Of a stretch of DNA of 64,000 bases, positions 38,867 through 47,640 are shown in pieces (within the stretch, counting starts at the first letter, position 1; each line of letters begins with the position of its first letter). The position numbers and the translations under genes were made by a program. This DNA comes from Candidatus Latescibacterota bacterium (GTDB lineage Bacteria; Latescibacterota; UBA2968; UBA8231): positions 192,001-256,000 of the forward strand of contig CBDCXV010000011.1 of the NCBI GenBank assembly GCA_965223905.1. The letters run 5' to 3'. Below the pieces are notes generated by a model, which saw only the letters and a list, made by a program, of their open reading frames with translations, was not told the origin of the DNA and made no database searches.

Positions 38867-40294
38867 ATGACGGTCCGCGTTGCCAACGTTCTGGCATCTC
38901 GCTACGCGAGCCAGTCGTTGTGTTATCTGTGGTCCGAACGCGGCAAGATTCTGCTCGAGCGAGAGCTGTGGATAGCCGTGCTCAAGGCACAGCGCGATCT
39001 CGGCCTCGACGTTCCCGCAGCAGCTATCGACGCGTACGAGCGCACAAAGGAACAGATCGACCTCGTTTCGATCCGCCGGCGTGAAGCCGAGTCCAGGCAC
39101 GACATAAAGGCGAAAATCGAGGAATTCTGCGCCCTGGCCGGTCACGAGCAGATCCACAAGGGGATGACCAGCCGCGATCTCACCGACAATGTCGAGCAGT
39201 TCCAGATCCTCAGAAGTCTACAGCTCATCGCGCCGAAGTACGTCCACCTGCTCGACTTACTGAGCCGGCGCAGCAGCGAGTGGCAGACCCTCGCCGTCGT
39301 CGGTCGCACCCATCACGCCGCGGCCCAGCCGACCACCATGGGCAAACGGCTTGCCATGTTCGGCCAGGAGATGGTGATCGCCTTCCGCCGGCTCGAGGAA
39401 CTGATCGAGCGCTACCCCCTTCGCGGATTGCAAGGGGCAGTAGGTACCGGCCTGGATCAATTGACCTTGTTCGAAGGGGACGTCGACAAGCTCTCCCGGC
39501 TGCAGCAGAAGGTTTTCACCTATCTGGGGTTCCGGGGACAGCTCATCGCGGTGGGCCAGATCTATCCCCGCAGCCTCGACTTCGACGTCATCAGCTGCCT
39601 TTACCAACTAGGGGGCGGCATCGCCAATCTTGCGCGCACCCTGCGCCTTATGGCGGGAGCGGAAACCGCGACGGAGGGGTTTGCGGAAGGTCAGGTCGGG
39701 TCCTCGGCCATGCCGCACAAGATGAACACGCGCAGCAGCGAGCGCATCAACGGGCTGGAGGTTGTCCTTTCCGGGTACGTGCAGATGGCGGCCGGGATGG
39801 TCGGCGACCAGTGGTTCGAAGGGGACGTCGCCTGCTCCGTGGTGCGCAGGGTAGCCCTGCCCGACTCCTTTTTCGCTTTCGACGGCATGGTCGAAACCGC
39901 CCTGCACGTGGTTGACGACATGGGGGTCTACCCGGGCGCCCTGCAGCGGGAGCTGGAGAAATACATGCCCTTCCTTTCCACCACCACCCTGCTGATGGAA
40001 TCGGTGCGACGGGGTGCCGGTCGCGAGCAGGTCCACGAGGCGGTCAGGGAACTGGCTGTCGACGCCGCCCTGCGCATGCGGGACGGCCGTGAAACCGACG
40101 GCAGCGGGCTGGTCGAGCGGCTCGGAGAGGACGACCGCATTCCGCTGACGACCCGGGAGATAGAGGAGATTCTCGGCAATCGCGATTTTGTCGGCGGTGC
40201 CCCCGACCAGGTGAGCCGCTTCAACGCGGAAGTCGATACTCTCGTCAAACGCTATCCGGAATCCCGGGAAGTCTCGAAAGGCCGCCTTTTGTAG
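38867..40294 (+). CDS. purB: Adenylosuccinate lyase
   Basis: H.GMTSRD, GRTH..AAQPTT.GKR, GAVGT, GSSAMPHKMN. Confidence 0.95.
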   Translation: MTVRVANVLASRYASQSLCYLWSERGKILLERELWIAVLKAQRDLGLDVPAAAIDAYERTKEQIDLVSIRRREAESRHDIKAKIEEFCALAGHEQIHKGMTSRDLTDNVEQFQILRSLQLIAPKYVHLLDLLSRRSSEWQTLAVVGRTHHAAAQPTTMGKRLAMFGQEMVIAFRRLEELIERYPLRGLQGAVGTGLDQLTLFEGDVDKLSRLQQKVFTYLGFRGQLIAVGQIYPRSLDFDVISCLYQLGGGIANLARTLRLMAGAETATEGFAEGQVGSSAMPHKMNTRSSERINGLEVVLSGYVQMAAGMVGDQWFEGDVACSVVRRVALPDSFFAFDGMVETALHVVDDMGVYPGALQRELEKYMPFLSTTTLLMESVRRGAGREQVHEAVRELAVDAALRMRDGRETDGSGLVERLGEDDRIPLTTREIEEILGNRDFVGGAPDQVSRFNAEVDTLVKRYPESREVSKGRLL

Positions 40295-40307
40295 GCGGCC
40301 TTTTTAT
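40277..40307 (+). terminator. Rho-independent terminator after purB
   Basis: AAAGGCCGCCT-tttgt-AGGCGGCCTTT followed by TTATT. Confidence 0.75.
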
Positions 40308-40347
40308 TGGCGCACAACCAGTTGGAAACCAGGAAGGGGCAAGCTGG

Positions 40348-41091
40348 ATGAAATACGGACGGGTCTTGTTGAAGCTGAGCGGGCGGGCGGTTTCGGGGGA
40401 GCGGGAGTTCGGATTCTCTCCCGAGTCACTGGAGCATATTGCCGACGAGATCCTCGCCCTGCATGCCCGGGGGGTTCAGATCTCGATCGTTATTGGGGGT
40501 GGCAACATCTTTCACGGCCATCTCGCCGCACAGTGGGGAATCGAGCGCGCCGAGGCGGACAACATCGGCATGATGGGGACGATCATTAACAGTCTGATGT
40601 TGCGAGGCGTCCTCAAAGGGCGCTCCAACTCATCCGTTGAAGTCCGCGTCATGACCGCCATCCCCGTCAACACGGTCGCCGAACCGTTCATTCGTCTGCG
40701 CGCCATCCATCACCTCGAAAAGGGCTACATCGTCATCTTCGCAGGCGGTACCGGCAACCCTTACGTCACCACCGATTACACCGCGGCGCAACGAGCCCTC
40801 GAAACCCGTTGCAACGGTCTCCTTTTCGCAAAGAACAGGGCACGCGGGATCTTCACCGCCGACCCACGGAAGGAACCGTCCGCCCGCATGTATCGCCGCA
40901 TGAGCTATGATACGATCCTGCGAAACAACCTCACAGTGGTCGATCAGCAGTCCGTCATCCTTTCCCGGGACCACCACCTGCCGTTTCACGTCTTCGACTT
41001 CGCCGAAAAGTCGACGATCGCGCGCCTCTGCTGCGGCGACACCGAAACCGGGACGTTCGTAGGGGATGTCGAAGAGGACATTGTGGCGTAA
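40348..41091 (+). CDS. UMP kinase-family protein (orphan paralog type)
   Basis: LLKLSG, GGGNIF, AD.IGM.GTIIN, GGTGNPYVTTD, ADP.K.P.A. Confidence 0.88.
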   Translation: MKYGRVLLKLSGRAVSGEREFGFSPESLEHIADEILALHARGVQISIVIGGGNIFHGHLAAQWGIERAEADNIGMMGTIINSLMLRGVLKGRSNSSVEVRVMTAIPVNTVAEPFIRLRAIHHLEKGYIVIFAGGTGNPYVTTDYTAAQRALETRCNGLLFAKNRARGIFTADPRKEPSARMYRRMSYDTILRNNLTVVDQQSVILSRDHHLPFHVFDFAEKSTIARLCCGDTETGTFVGDVEEDIVA

Positions 41092-41284
41092 GGCCTGTTT
41101 TCCGGCAGGACTCGGGGCTGCTCTGTTACCTCCTGGCACGGCAACATGCTTCCTGGCTTGCAGCGTTATCCATTCCCGGCGGGAGACAGCGCCAGAACGG
41201 TTGAATCCTTACAATTCCTGATATGGACCGGTAGTCTCCGTCGGCGGTTTCACGCCGACCCCGCAGAAACGAAGGAGGAACGAA

Positions 41285-41941
41285 TTGTCAGCGGCTGAGA
41301 GCAAGGCAACCAACATAACTTGGCACGAAGGCCACGTGGCGAGGCCGCAGCGAGAGGCTCGACTCTGCCAGAGCGGCGTACTTGTCTGGCTCACCGGACT
41401 TCCCAGTTCCGGAAAGAGCACCATCGCCTTCACCGCCGAACACGCACTCGCCGCCCGGGGCTTCCACGCCTATGTCCTCGATGGGGACAACATCCGCCAC
41501 GGCCTCAATTCAAACCTGGGCTTTTCCGCGGCGGACCGCGCTGAAAATATCCGCCGCATCGGCGAGGTGGGTAAACTGTTCGTCGATGCCGGTATCATCA
41601 CGTTGAGCAGCTTTGTGAGCCCCTACCGGGAAGATCGCGACCATGTGCGCGCCAGTCTCGGGGAGGGAGACTTCCTCGAGGTCTTCATCGACACCCCTGT
41701 GAAGCTCTGTGAGGAGAGGGACCCGAAGGGGCTGTACGCCAAGGCCAGAGCGGGTGAAATCCCGAACTTCACCGGGGTATCGGACCCGTACGAGCCTCCC
41801 GAAAATCCCGAACTGGTGATCTCCACGGCATCGTGCAACCCTGAAGAAGCAGCTGCCATGCTGCTCGACCTGCTCGAGGGGCGCGGCAAGACCGGCCCGC
41901 CTCCTCGGAACCGCGGCGGAGATGGCGATGTCTCTGGTTGA
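41285..41941 (+). CDS. cysC: Adenylyl-sulfate kinase
   Basis: WLTGLPSSGKST, LDGDNIRHGL, RDPKGLY.KA..G.I.NFTG. Confidence 0.95.
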   Translation: MSAAESKATNITWHEGHVARPQREARLCQSGVLVWLTGLPSSGKSTIAFTAEHALAARGFHAYVLDGDNIRHGLNSNLGFSAADRAENIRRIGEVGKLFVDAGIITLSSFVSPYREDRDHVRASLGEGDFLEVFIDTPVKLCEERDPKGLYAKARAGEIPNFTGVSDPYEPPENPELVISTASCNPEEAAAMLLDLLEGRGKTGPPPRNRGGDGDVSG

Positions 41942-42317
41942 CCAGGTCCGATTAGATTCTTCAGGTCTGGTCCCGGCAGCGGTAACCGACTGCGAATCGG
42001 GGCGCCTGCTCGTTCTCTGCTACATGAACGCCGAGGCCCTCGAGAAGACACTTGCAGAGGGCAGGGTGCACGTATTTCGGCGTTCCCGGGGAGAGGTGGT
42101 TCCCAAAGGAGTCGACTCGGGCCACGTGCAGGAGGTCGAGGAGATCCGTATCAACTGCGACAGCAACTCCCTTGAAATCAGGGTGCGTCAGAAGGTGGCG
42201 GCCTGCGCATACGGCTACTATTCCTGCTATTTCCGGCGTTGGGACGAGGGAATCCAGGGATGGGTTGTCGACGACGAGCAGGTTTTCGATCCAGACGAAG
42301 TCTACCGCAAGCGCTAG
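41928..42317 (+). CDS. hisI: Phosphoribosyl-AMP cyclohydrolase-like protein (divergent)
   Basis: GLVPA..D..SG..L...YMN.EAL..T, RSR, KG..SG..Q, CD, AC...SC.F. Confidence 0.75.
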   Translation: MSLVDQVRLDSSGLVPAAVTDCESGRLLVLCYMNAEALEKTLAEGRVHVFRRSRGEVVPKGVDSGHVQEVEEIRINCDSNSLEIRVRQKVAACAYGYYSCYFRRWDEGIQGWVVDDEQVFDPDEVYRKR

Positions 42318-42588
42318 TTCCATCGCTTGGTGTCCGGGCAGGAACAAGGCACCGAAAGAGATGCGGGGTCGCACGAAAGAAACGGTTGGATTGAGCTGCG
42401 ATTTCCCCCTTCAACGCTGCTGCGTCCATCCGCGCCACATCGCGCGCACCAAAACCGTTGTCTTTCCGAATTCCCTTTGAGGAACCCCAATCGGGTGCCC
42501 AGGCTCCTGGTCGGTCTCCCGACAGGTCGGCGATAACCCCTCGTGGCCCCGGCGTCGCTCTGAGGCAACCACCGGCGGCCCCTATCTG

Positions 42589-43611
42589 GTGATCACTTCA
42601 TTCAAACGGCTGGCGCGCTACCTCCTCAGCCTGGGGCTCATGGGGATGTTCCTGTACTGGGCTTTCCGGGGGATCGACTCGCGGGCATTGTGGGAGTCGG
42701 TCAAGCTGATCTCCCCACCCTGGGTCGCCGTCATCGTCGCGACTACACTCGGCACCATCGCCCTGCGCGCCTGGCGCTGGATCGCGCTGATGCGTCCGTT
42801 CACACGCGAGGTCACCCTGCTGGACGCCTGCCTCGCCCTCCTTATCTGCTACGCCGGAAACACCGTCATTCCCCGCTCGGGGGAGGCTCTGCGAGCGCTG
42901 AGTCTCAACTGGAGACGCGGAGTCAGCATCGGCTCCGTTCTGGGAACGGTGGTCGTCGAACGCACCCTCGACATGTTCTGGCTGGTGTTCCTGATCGGAG
43001 CAACCATACTGCTGCTGCGCGGACAGAACGACAACACCTTTCCCTGGATGGAGCCGCTCGCGCTGCTGGCCTTGGCCGGTTGTATGGTGACCCTGATCCT
43101 GCTGGTAGCGGTTTCAGTGTACCGCGACAGGGCCGTCGCCCGCGTCCACACCATCCTCGACCGGCTGTCGCACCGGCTGGCGGAACGGGCTACCGGCTTC
43201 CTCGATACGTTCGTGCACGGGCTTCAGGCACTGCACGCCCGGTCTGCGTACACGGAAATCCTGATCGCTTCGCTGCTGCTGAATGCCGGGTACCTGCTGA
43301 TGATCTACCAGGCCTTCCTCGCCTTCGGATTCGACGAATCTCCCCATTTCCTGGGCATATTGGCCTCCTTCGTGGTCTCGGCGATCTCCTCGCTGGGGAT
43401 GGTCATGCCTACATCCGGGGGAATCGGATCATACCACTTCTTTTTCGCCGAAGCCTTGAACCTACTGTACTCGGTTCCACTGACCTCCGCCCTCGCATGC
43501 GCCACCGTCCTTCACGCCATTTCCACGGCGACGTACCTGGCTTTCGGGGGCCCAGGCTTCTTCATCCAGCGCCACCTGAGCAGGGACGACGCCCTTGGCC
43601 GCCGGAGTTAA
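42589..43611 (+). CDS. Lysylphosphatidylglycerol-synthase-TM/flippase-like membrane protein
   Basis: LRAWRW, GN.VIPRSGE..RA, GTVVVER..D, P..GGIG.Y. Confidence 0.85.
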   Translation: MITSFKRLARYLLSLGLMGMFLYWAFRGIDSRALWESVKLISPPWVAVIVATTLGTIALRAWRWIALMRPFTREVTLLDACLALLICYAGNTVIPRSGEALRALSLNWRRGVSIGSVLGTVVVERTLDMFWLVFLIGATILLLRGQNDNTFPWMEPLALLALAGCMVTLILLVAVSVYRDRAVARVHTILDRLSHRLAERATGFLDTFVHGLQALHARSAYTEILIASLLLNAGYLLMIYQAFLAFGFDESPHFLGILASFVVSAISSLGMVMPTSGGIGSYHFFFAEALNLLYSVPLTSALACATVLHAISTATYLAFGGPGFFIQRHLSRDDALGRRS

Positions 43612-43799
43612 TGCCGCCTGTCAGGTATTGAAGTTCACATCCCCCACCCGGGACGACCGGAGGACCTGTTCCGGGCGGCCAGGGAAATCGCCTGCGAACC
43701 TCACGCTCGCAGTTCTTGTTTCGGGAACTTCAGGTAGGGAGAGGAGACCCGTCCCGGGTTTCGGCTACAGAAGCGGGGAAGCGGAAGCCAGAGCGGTAA

Positions 43800-44645
43800 T
43801 CAGAAGACCCAGACGATAAGCATCGACCCGCCCACGTATCCGAACGCCTCCAGCAGTCCCGCTCCAGTCCTCGGAGTCTCCGCGGTCTGTTCCTTCGCGA
43901 GACTCACCCCTGGGGCGAGCAGCAGATCGGTCAGTTTCTTGATGATATAGAGAGCGACCAGGCCGAAGAGGACGTCCGCGGCGAACGTCTGCAGGCTCTC
44001 CCCCCACCCTGCGAAATCGCCGCCGACCGAGATGCTGACGATGTTCCCCATGCCGACCAGAACCCCGCCGAAAGCCAGGCCTACGGCGGCGTTGTCGCGC
44101 TCGATCTCGTCGTGGATGCTGTGCGGCGTGGTCCATTCGTACAGCAGTCCCGCCATCAGCAGAACGACCTGGGCAATTGCCCAGAACGCGATTCCGGTCA
44201 ACCAGGGTCCCGCCCCCTGCTGTATGGACAGAAGAATCAGCCCATTGGCGATATGTAATCCCGCCTCGACGAAAGCGGTCCCGAGGTTCTGGTCCTCGAC
44301 CACCTCTCGGGTGTTGTCGAAGTGGGGCAGCAGCAGCTTTTCGCAGATAAAGCTGGCGATCAGCATCATCACCACCGTCTGCAGACCGAAGAGGGCTATG
44401 GAGGTCAGGTCCGCCTGCCATCCTGCGGATGGACCGGTGAGCACCCCGCCTAGAGCAATTGAGATCCCGAGCAGGTACCCGGCGGTGGAAACCGCGAGGG
44501 CGCTGTTGGAGCGCCCGAAGATCTCATCCTTCAGGGAGACCCGCCGGTAGATGCGGGTATAGGCGAACTTGGCGATCCACATCAGCACGAATGCTTCGAG
44601 GACGTAGACCGCGGAGCGGGCCATGAAGCTCAGTTGTTCCGCCAT
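43800..44645 (-). CDS. DUF350 membrane protein (repeated units)
   Basis: Repeated motifs: EIFGRSNSALA, EVVEDQNLGTA, EIERDNAAVG. Confidence 0.85.
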   Translation of the reverse strand: MAEQLSFMARSAVYVLEAFVLMWIAKFAYTRIYRRVSLKDEIFGRSNSALAVSTAGYLLGISIALGGVLTGPSAGWQADLTSIALFGLQTVVMMLIASFICEKLLLPHFDNTREVVEDQNLGTAFVEAGLHIANGLILLSIQQGAGPWLTGIAFWAIAQVVLLMAGLLYEWTTPHSIHDEIERDNAAVGLAFGGVLVGMGNIVSISVGGDFAGWGESLQTFAADVLFGLVALYIIKKLTDLLLAPGVSLAKEQTAETPRTGAGLLEAFGYVGGSMLIVWVF

Positions 44646-44720
44646 GCCGACCGTATCCTTCCCCGGCTGTCAGCCGAACCTCGGATTGTTCCGAGCCATA
44701 TCACTTGATTTCCGGACATT

Positions 44721-45419
44721 TCATTTTCCCCGGCCGAATCCACCTCGCATGGAGGCGCTCCGGGCACGCGTGCCGAAGCCGCGGCCCCCGGAGCTTACAC
44801 GCTGGCGGTAGCGATTGTAAAAATTGGGACGCGTCTTCTGCGTCACGCTTCCGCGTGTGCCGAAGGCCGACCGTCCCCCTTCCTTGGGGCCGAAGTACGG
44901 ACGCCCGCGCTCGTGGTTGCGCCGGTAGTTCTGATAGTCGCCCCGGCCGATGTTCCATCCCCCCAGCATCTGGCTCATGAAGGCGTACTGGCCGTAAAAC
45001 TGCCAGAATCCCCCGCCTCCCCAGTGTCCGTAGTGGGAATTGCCGACATACTGGTACCCCGGAGGATGAGCCTGCCTGACCCCGGTGGTCCGGCCGTCAG
45101 GGGATTTCGACGACACCACCATGCCCAGGTAATGCTCGTAGCGGGCGAAGGTCTCCTCGGGAACCTCCATCCACTCCGTGGTTTTCGGCTCGTACACGAG
45201 GGTGTCCCGCCCCGCGATCCGCTGTCCGGACGCGGTCAGCACTCTGAACCGGATGAAATAGTCGGGAAAGAACCCGTCTTCGACGCGCAGGTCGTCGACG
45301 ATGAGCGAGTATTCCGGGTAGCGGCCCAGATCCCGGATCAGGCTGTTCACCGGATCGGCAGACCTGCCGCAGCTGAAGATGCCGGCGAAACAGAGGGTCA
45401 CCCCTACGACCCGAAGCAA
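44721..45419 (-). CDS. Lipoprotein with Gly/Arg-rich tail (start uncertain)
   Basis: Lipobox IFSC; 'PPGYQYVGN..YG.W....FW.FYGQYAFMS'; ends RGGFGRGK. Confidence 0.75.
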   Translation of the reverse strand: MLRVVGVTLCFAGIFSCGRSADPVNSLIRDLGRYPEYSLIVDDLRVEDGFFPDYFIRFRVLTASGQRIAGRDTLVYEPKTTEWMEVPEETFARYEHYLGMVVSSKSPDGRTTGVRQAHPPGYQYVGNSHYGHWGGGGFWQFYGQYAFMSQMLGGWNIGRGDYQNYRRNHERGRPYFGPKEGGRSAFGTRGSVTQKTRPNFYNRYRQRVSSGGRGFGTRARSASMRGGFGRGK

Positions 45420-45474
45420 GCCGCAGGCGCCGCGGTCCCGGCGTGGGGCCGCATCGGAAGCAATCGGGGTGGGA

Positions 45475-46029
45475 TCAGCCGGCAGGCAGGATGTTTGTGA
45501 ACTGGTACTCTTCGACATACTCACCTTCGTAGGCGAAAAAATCGCGGTCCCCGGACTGGACGACGTAGAGGACGCGCGCGCCCTCTCCTTCGTAGCTCCA
45601 ACTGACGAACTCCCGCGCCTCCGACGCTCCCGGGTCTCCCGTTGTCTCGACCATGGACCCGGACCCGGATTCAACCGCGGCGTACTTGCCGTCTTCGAAC
45701 CAGACCTGCTCAGGGGGTTCCCCTTCGTCTAGGATGGTCCCGGCGACATCCCCGTCGACATCGCGCAGGGGAATGCGCCGGGTCAGGGTCCACTCCACCT
45801 TGCCGTCCTCGGCAGCACGCTCGAGAAAGCGCACCTGATCACCGCTTGCAAGCTGCCACTCTTCCGTCTCCAGGCCATCGTAGTCGTACTCGGTAATCGA
45901 GGTTACCTCCCAGGTCTGGAGATCGTAGTCGACCAAAAAGCCGATCCTCATCTTGTCGAGGGTGTAGTCGACCAGCGGGTCGACCTCGGGCTCTTTGTCG
46001 CGGCGCCACAGCTTTTTGAAACTCACCAT
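45475..46029 (-). CDS. DUF4178-like beta-rich protein
   Basis: G..V.YD..TW.V....EYD.....EW.L; SW.Y; operon context. Confidence 0.75.
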   Translation of the reverse strand: MVSFKKLWRRDKEPEVDPLVDYTLDKMRIGFLVDYDLQTWEVTSITEYDYDGLETEEWQLASGDQVRFLERAAEDGKVEWTLTRRIPLRDVDGDVAGTILDEGEPPEQVWFEDGKYAAVESGSGSMVETTGDPGASEAREFVSWSYEGEGARVLYVVQSGDRDFFAYEGEYVEEYQFTNILPAG

Positions 46030-46089
46030 ATCGATTCGACCAGAGGCACATTCCGGGGAAGGGATTCGAGCAGCGGGAACGTCCCGAAC

Positions 46090-47640
46090 CTACCAGCGAC
46101 CCCAGTCCTCCATATAGTACTGCGCCAGGAGAGGCCGGTCCAGGTGATTCGCCTCCACCTCTACCGGTCTCATGTCCGGCGGAAAAACCGTCATTGGCCG
46201 CAACATTTCCCGCCGCAGGTAGCTTGTCGGCACGGCCAGGGGTGCCTCCGTCAAGGGAGGAAGGGCATCCGCGGCGAGGAAAAAACCCCATTCCCCCAGG
46301 GACGGCACCGGCACGTGGTATGGAACGGCGCGCAACCCGGACTCGGCCAGGGTTTTTCCGATGCTCCAGAAGGTCTTCCTCGTGAAATACGGACTGGTCG
46401 CCTGCGTAACCAGCATCCCCCCCCGAGCCAGATGCCTGCGGAGAAGCCGGTACCCTTCGACCGAATACAGCTTGCTCAGCGAATCGAACCGGGGATCGGG
46501 CAGGTCGACGATGATGACCCCGTAGGGGATTTGCTCCTGCTGAATGAACAGGAAAGCGTCCTCGTTGAGGATGCGGACTTGGGAACGGTTCAGGGCATTG
46601 CGATTGAGATTCGTCATGCGCACGTCGCGACGGGCGAGGTTGGTCACAGCCTCGTCGATGTCGACGAGATCGACTTCTGCGACGTCGGGATACTTCAACA
46701 CCTCGCGTGCCGATAGGCCGTCCCCACCGCCGACGATCAACACCCTTTCCCGGCTGCTGGCCAGGGACATCGCGGGGTGGACGAGGGCCTCGTGATAGCG
46801 GTACTCGTCGGTGGATGAGAACTGCAGATGTCCGTCGAGAAACAGGCTGATCTCCCCCTTCCACTGCGTCAGCACCACCTTCTGATACGGGGATTGAACG
46901 CTGTAGACGATACGATCGCTGTATAGGTTGCTTTCCCAGCGCTCACGCAGTGCTTCCGCGCGCAGCAGAAGGCCCCCGAGCACTGCCGCGAACAGGACGG
47001 ATTGCAGTGCGAGCAAGCGCTTGCGCCTCCCGTTCAGGGCACCGCGGAAGGCGACCAGCAGGGCCACCCCGATACCGACGTTGATACCCCCGGTGACGAG
47101 CGCGGTGTCGAACGTCCCGAGAAGGGGCAGCAGCAGGTAGGGAAAGAGCAGGGCCGCGATCAGCGAGCCGAGGTAGTCGAGGGACAGCAGGTCCGCCAGC
47201 ACCTGCCTCAGGGTTCCGTACTGCCTCAGGATGCGCGCCAGCAGCGGCAACTCCAGTCCGACCATGCCCCCGATGGCCAGAATGAAGAGGATCATCCAGT
47301 AGCGATACTGCCCCGAATACGAGAAGACCGCGTACAAAGCCGGCACAGAACACCCTCCAGCCAGCCCGAGCCAGAGCTCAATCGATATGAACTTGGCCAG
47401 AAGGTCGCGCTCGCAAAGCCTTGAGGCCCAGGAACCTGCTCCCATTGCGGCCAGAAAGAAGCCGATCGTCAGCGAAAACTGTTCGACGCTGTCGCCGAGG
47501 AAGTAGGAAGAAATGGTCCCGATGAGCAGCTCGTAGATGATGGCGCACGCCGCGGCGGCGAAAATCGATGCCAGCAGCAGCGCGACGCCGAGGGTAGATG
47601 TGGCGCTTTCGGCGGATGGAGGGGGCGCCTCGTCAGGCAC
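46090..47640 (-). CDS. Membrane-fused polyamine aminopropyltransferase (spermidine synthase family)
   Basis: About seven N-terminal TMs; QSPYQ, LFLDG.LQFS..DEYRYHEALVH, GGGDG..AREVL, DLPDP. Confidence 0.93.
   Translation of the reverse strand: MPDEAPPPSAESATSTLGVALLLASIFAAAACAIIYELLIGTISSYFLGDSVEQFSLTIGFFLAAMGAGSWASRLCERDLLAKFISIELWLGLAGGCSVPALYAVFSYSGQYRYWMILFILAIGGMVGLELPLLARILRQYGTLRQVLADLLSLDYLGSLIAALLFPYLLLPLLGTFDTALVTGGINVGIGVALLVAFRGALNGRRKRLLALQSVLFAAVLGGLLLRAEALRERWESNLYSDRIVYSVQSPYQKVVLTQWKGEISLFLDGHLQFSSTDEYRYHEALVHPAMSLASSRERVLIVGGGDGLSAREVLKYPDVAEVDLVDIDEAVTNLARRDVRMTNLNRNALNRSQVRILNEDAFLFIQQEQIPYGVIIVDLPDPRFDSLSKLYSVEGYRLLRRHLARGGMLVTQATSPYFTRKTFWSIGKTLAESGLRAVPYHVPVPSLGEWGFFLAADALPPLTEAPLAVPTSYLRREMLRPMTVFPPDMRPVEVEANHLDRPLLAQYYMEDWGRW

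Noticed and set aside
43629-43759. Two interleaved inverted repeats (TGAAGTTC/GAACTTCA and ACCCGGGACG/CGTCCCGGGT) between convergent genes
   Set aside because: Short and single-copy; cannot be distinguished from chance or a terminator region.
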